The position numbers and the translations under genes are program-made. A stretch of DNA of 64,000 nt from Squalus acanthias (lineage: Eukaryota), in NCBI GenBank assembly GCA_030390025.1, contig CM059432.1, forward strand, positions 1,426,001 through 1,490,000, read 5' to 3'. Below, one piece after another: positions 61,135 through 64,000 of this stretch. How positions within the stretch are numbered: position 1 is the stretch's first letter; each line of letters begins with the position of its first letter. Below the pieces are notes generated by a model that did no database searches, had not been told where the DNA came from, and saw only the letters and a list, made by a program, of their open reading frames with translations.

Positions 61135-63275
61135 ACGAACTAGGAGCAGGAGTAGGCCACTCAGCCCTTTGAGCCTGCTCTGCCATTCAATAAGATCATG
61201 GCTGATCTGATTACTCCACATTCCCGCCTACCCCCGATAACTTTTCACCCCCTTGCTTACCAAGAATCTATCTACCTCTGCCTTAAAAATATTCAAAGAC
61301 TCTGCTTCCACTGCCCTCTGAGGAAGAGAGTTCCAAAGACTCACGACCCTCTGAGAAAAAATTTCTCCTCATATCTGTCTTAAATGGGCGACCCCTTATT
61401 TTTAAACAGTGACCTCTCGTTCTAGATTCTCCCACAAGAGGAAACATTCTCTCCACATCCACCCTGTCCAGACCCCTCAGGATCTTCTATGTTTCAATCA
61501 AGTCACCTCTTATTCTTCTAAACTCCAGCGGATACAAGCCTAGCCTGTCCAACTTTTCCTCATAAGACAACCCGCCCATTCCAGGTATTAGTCTAGTGAA
61601 CCTTCTCTGAACTGCTTCCAGTGCATTTACATCCTTCCTTAAATAAGGAGACCAATACTGTACACAGTACCCCAGATGTGGTCTCACCAATGCCCTGTAT
61701 AACTGAAGCATAACCTCCCTACTTTTGTATTCAATTCCCCTCGTAATAAACGATAACATTCTATTAGCTTTCCTAATTACTTGCTGTACCTGCATAGTAA
61801 CCTTTTACAATTCATGCACTAGGACACCCAGATCCCTCTGCATCTCAGAGCTCTGCAATCTCTCACCATTTAGATAATATGCTTCTTTTTTATTCTTCCT
61901 GCCAAAATGGACAACTTCACATTTTCCCACATTATACTCCATTTGCCAGATCTTTGCCCACTCACTTAACTTATCTATATCCCTTTGTAGCCTCCTTATG
62001 TCCTCTTCACAATTTACTTTCCTACCTATCTTTGTGTCATCAGCAAATTTAGCAACCATACCTTCGGTCCCTTCATCCAAGTCATTTATATAAATTGTAA
62101 AAAGTTGAGGCCCCAGCACTGATCCCTGTGGCACACCACTCGTTATATCTTGCCAATCAGAAAATGAACCATTTATGCCTACTCTGTTTCCGGTTAGCTA
62201 GCCAATCTTCTATCCATGCCAATATGTTACCCCCTACACCATGAGCTTTTATTTTCCGCAATAACCTTTGATGTGGCACCTTATCAAATGCCTTCTGGAA
62301 ATCTAAGTACAGTGCATCCACCGGTTCCCCTTTATCCACAGCACATGTTACTTCCTCAAAGAACTCCAATAAATTGGTTAAACATGATTTCCCTTGCACA
62401 AAACCATGTTGACTCTGCCTGATTACTTTGAACTTTTCTAAATGCCCTGCTATACTGTCTTTAATAATAGCTTCTAACATCTTCCCTAGGACAGATGTTA
62501 AGCTAACTGGCCTGTAGTTTCCGGCTTTCTGTCTCCCTCCCTTTTTCAATAAAGGAGTTACATTTGCTATTTTCCAATCTAATGGTACCTTCCCCAAATC
62601 TAGGGAATTTTGGAAAATTAAAACCAACGCATCACTAATCCTAGCCACTTCTTTTAAGACCCTAGGATGAAGTCCATCAGGATCCGGGGACTTGTCAGCC
62701 CGCAGCTCCAACAATTTGCTCAGTACCACTTCCCTGGTGATTATAATTTTCTTGAGTTCCTCCCTCCCTTCCATTTCCTGATTTACAGCTATTTCTGGGA
62801 TGTTACTTGTATCCTCTATAGTGAAGACCGATGCAAAATACCTGTTCAATTCAACTGCCATCTCCTTATTTTCCATTATTAATTCCCCAGACTCACTTTT
62901 TATAGGACCAACGCTCACTTTGTTAACTCTTTTCTTTTTTAAATATCTATAGAAACTCTTACTATCTGTTTTTATATTTCTAGCTAACTTTCTCTCGTAC
63001 TCTAATTTTTCTCTCCTTATTAATCTTTTAGTCATTCTTTGCTGTTTTTTTATATTCTGTCCAATCTTCTGACCTGCCACCCATCTTTGCGCAATTATAT
63101 GCTTTTTCTTTAAGTTTAATACTATCTTTAACTTTTTTAGTTAACCACGGATGGTGGCTCCTCCCCTTGGAATTTTTCTTTCTTGTTGGAATGTATATAT
63201 TCTGTGTATTCTGAAATATCCCCTTAAATGTCTGCCACTGCCACTCTATTGACCTATCCCTTAACCTAACTTGGT
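61135..63275 (-). mobile_element. 5'-truncated CR1 (linker + RT + 3' UTR), disrupted
   Basis: ORFs 62157-63080, 61805-62134, 61487-61795. Confidence 0.92.
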
Positions 63276-63489
63276 AATTATGGAGTAAGTGATTTATGAC
63301 ATTACTTACACCATGCAATGGTCCCTGTAATTGTTTTTTGCTGCGTGGTCCCTTTAACTGGCTGCGGCCCATTCACATTTTCGCGCATGCGCGCTTTCTT
63401 GCATTGAAAAGCTGGTGAGCGGCCTCCACGGCACCTCCAGACCGCTGCGTGGTTGCGCAGCTTAGCGGGAATTACTCATTCCCATACAA

Positions 63490-64000
63490 TAAAAAAAAAG
63501 GAAGGTTGGGATGGGAATAGGGCCATTAAGGGATGGACAGGACAATACCACAGGTAACAACGATAGGGAGATGGCAGAAATATTAAATCATTATTTTGCT
63601 TCAGTATTTACCAGGGAGATAGAACAGGTGGAGATGACATTGGATGATGAGATGAGTAATGAGATAAGTGCATTTAAAATAAAAAAGGGGATATATTAAA
63701 TAAACTAATCAAACTCAAAGAGGATAAAACCCCTGGTCCGGATGGATTGCATCCACGCATTTTAAAAGAATCTAGGGAAGAGATAGCAGAGGCATTACTA
63801 CACATATTTAATAATTCATTAGAAAAAGGTGTAGTGCCAGAGGACTGGAGGATAGCTAACGTAATACCTATATTTAAAAAGGGGGATAGAACATGTCCAG
63901 GGCATTATAGACCAGTCAGCTTAACATCGGTGGTAGGAAAAATAATGGAATCCCTACTAAAGGAGAAAATAGAAGAACATCTAGAAACCAAAAAGTATAA
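63490..64000 (+). mobile_element. CR1 ORF2 fragment running off the window end
   Basis: MAEILNHYFASVFT, KTPGPDGLHPRILKE, YRPVSLTSVVGK. Confidence 0.88.

Noticed and set aside
1..64000. Species assignment and any prokaryotic or viral defence system
   Set aside because: Repeat content supports only a cartilaginous-fish origin; no operon-like or viral genes were seen.

Overview
Eukaryotic vertebrate DNA, almost certainly a cartilaginous fish (shark-type V-SINE/HE1 and DeuSINE/SacSINE1 elements, dense CR1 LINEs); the species cannot be determined. The window lies inside a large minus-strand gene recognisable as OSBPL1A (ORP1). Two phase-compatible coding exons were found: 30238-30400 (coiled coil plus FFAT motif EFYDALS) and 23843-24002 (includes the Met equivalent to the ORP1S start). 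No other exons were recognised. The rest is intron, mostly nested mobile DNA: many CR1 LINEs (one with an intact 983-aa ORF2), a single-ORF Zenon-like LINE, RTE and L2 fragments, three SINE families, a 1.1-kb solo LTR, MITEs, Penelope-like remnants, two minisatellites and a GA tract with a 200-N gap. Best leads: (1) about eight minimal hammerhead-ribozyme motifs in Penelope-type repeats, including an 88-bp inverted pair; (2) a LINE whose 5' end is a tRNA-like head, with a SINE that looks like its internal-deletion derivative; (3) frame-preserving micro-inversions in CR1 ORF2, one shared by two separately inserted copies; (4) an intact CR1 with two tandem 3' ends; (5) an undecayed CpG-rich 20-mer array upstream of the ORP1S-Met exon. 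No CRISPR or prokaryotic system is supported. Family names come from recall, not database searches; repeat boundaries are approximate unless a TSD is given.
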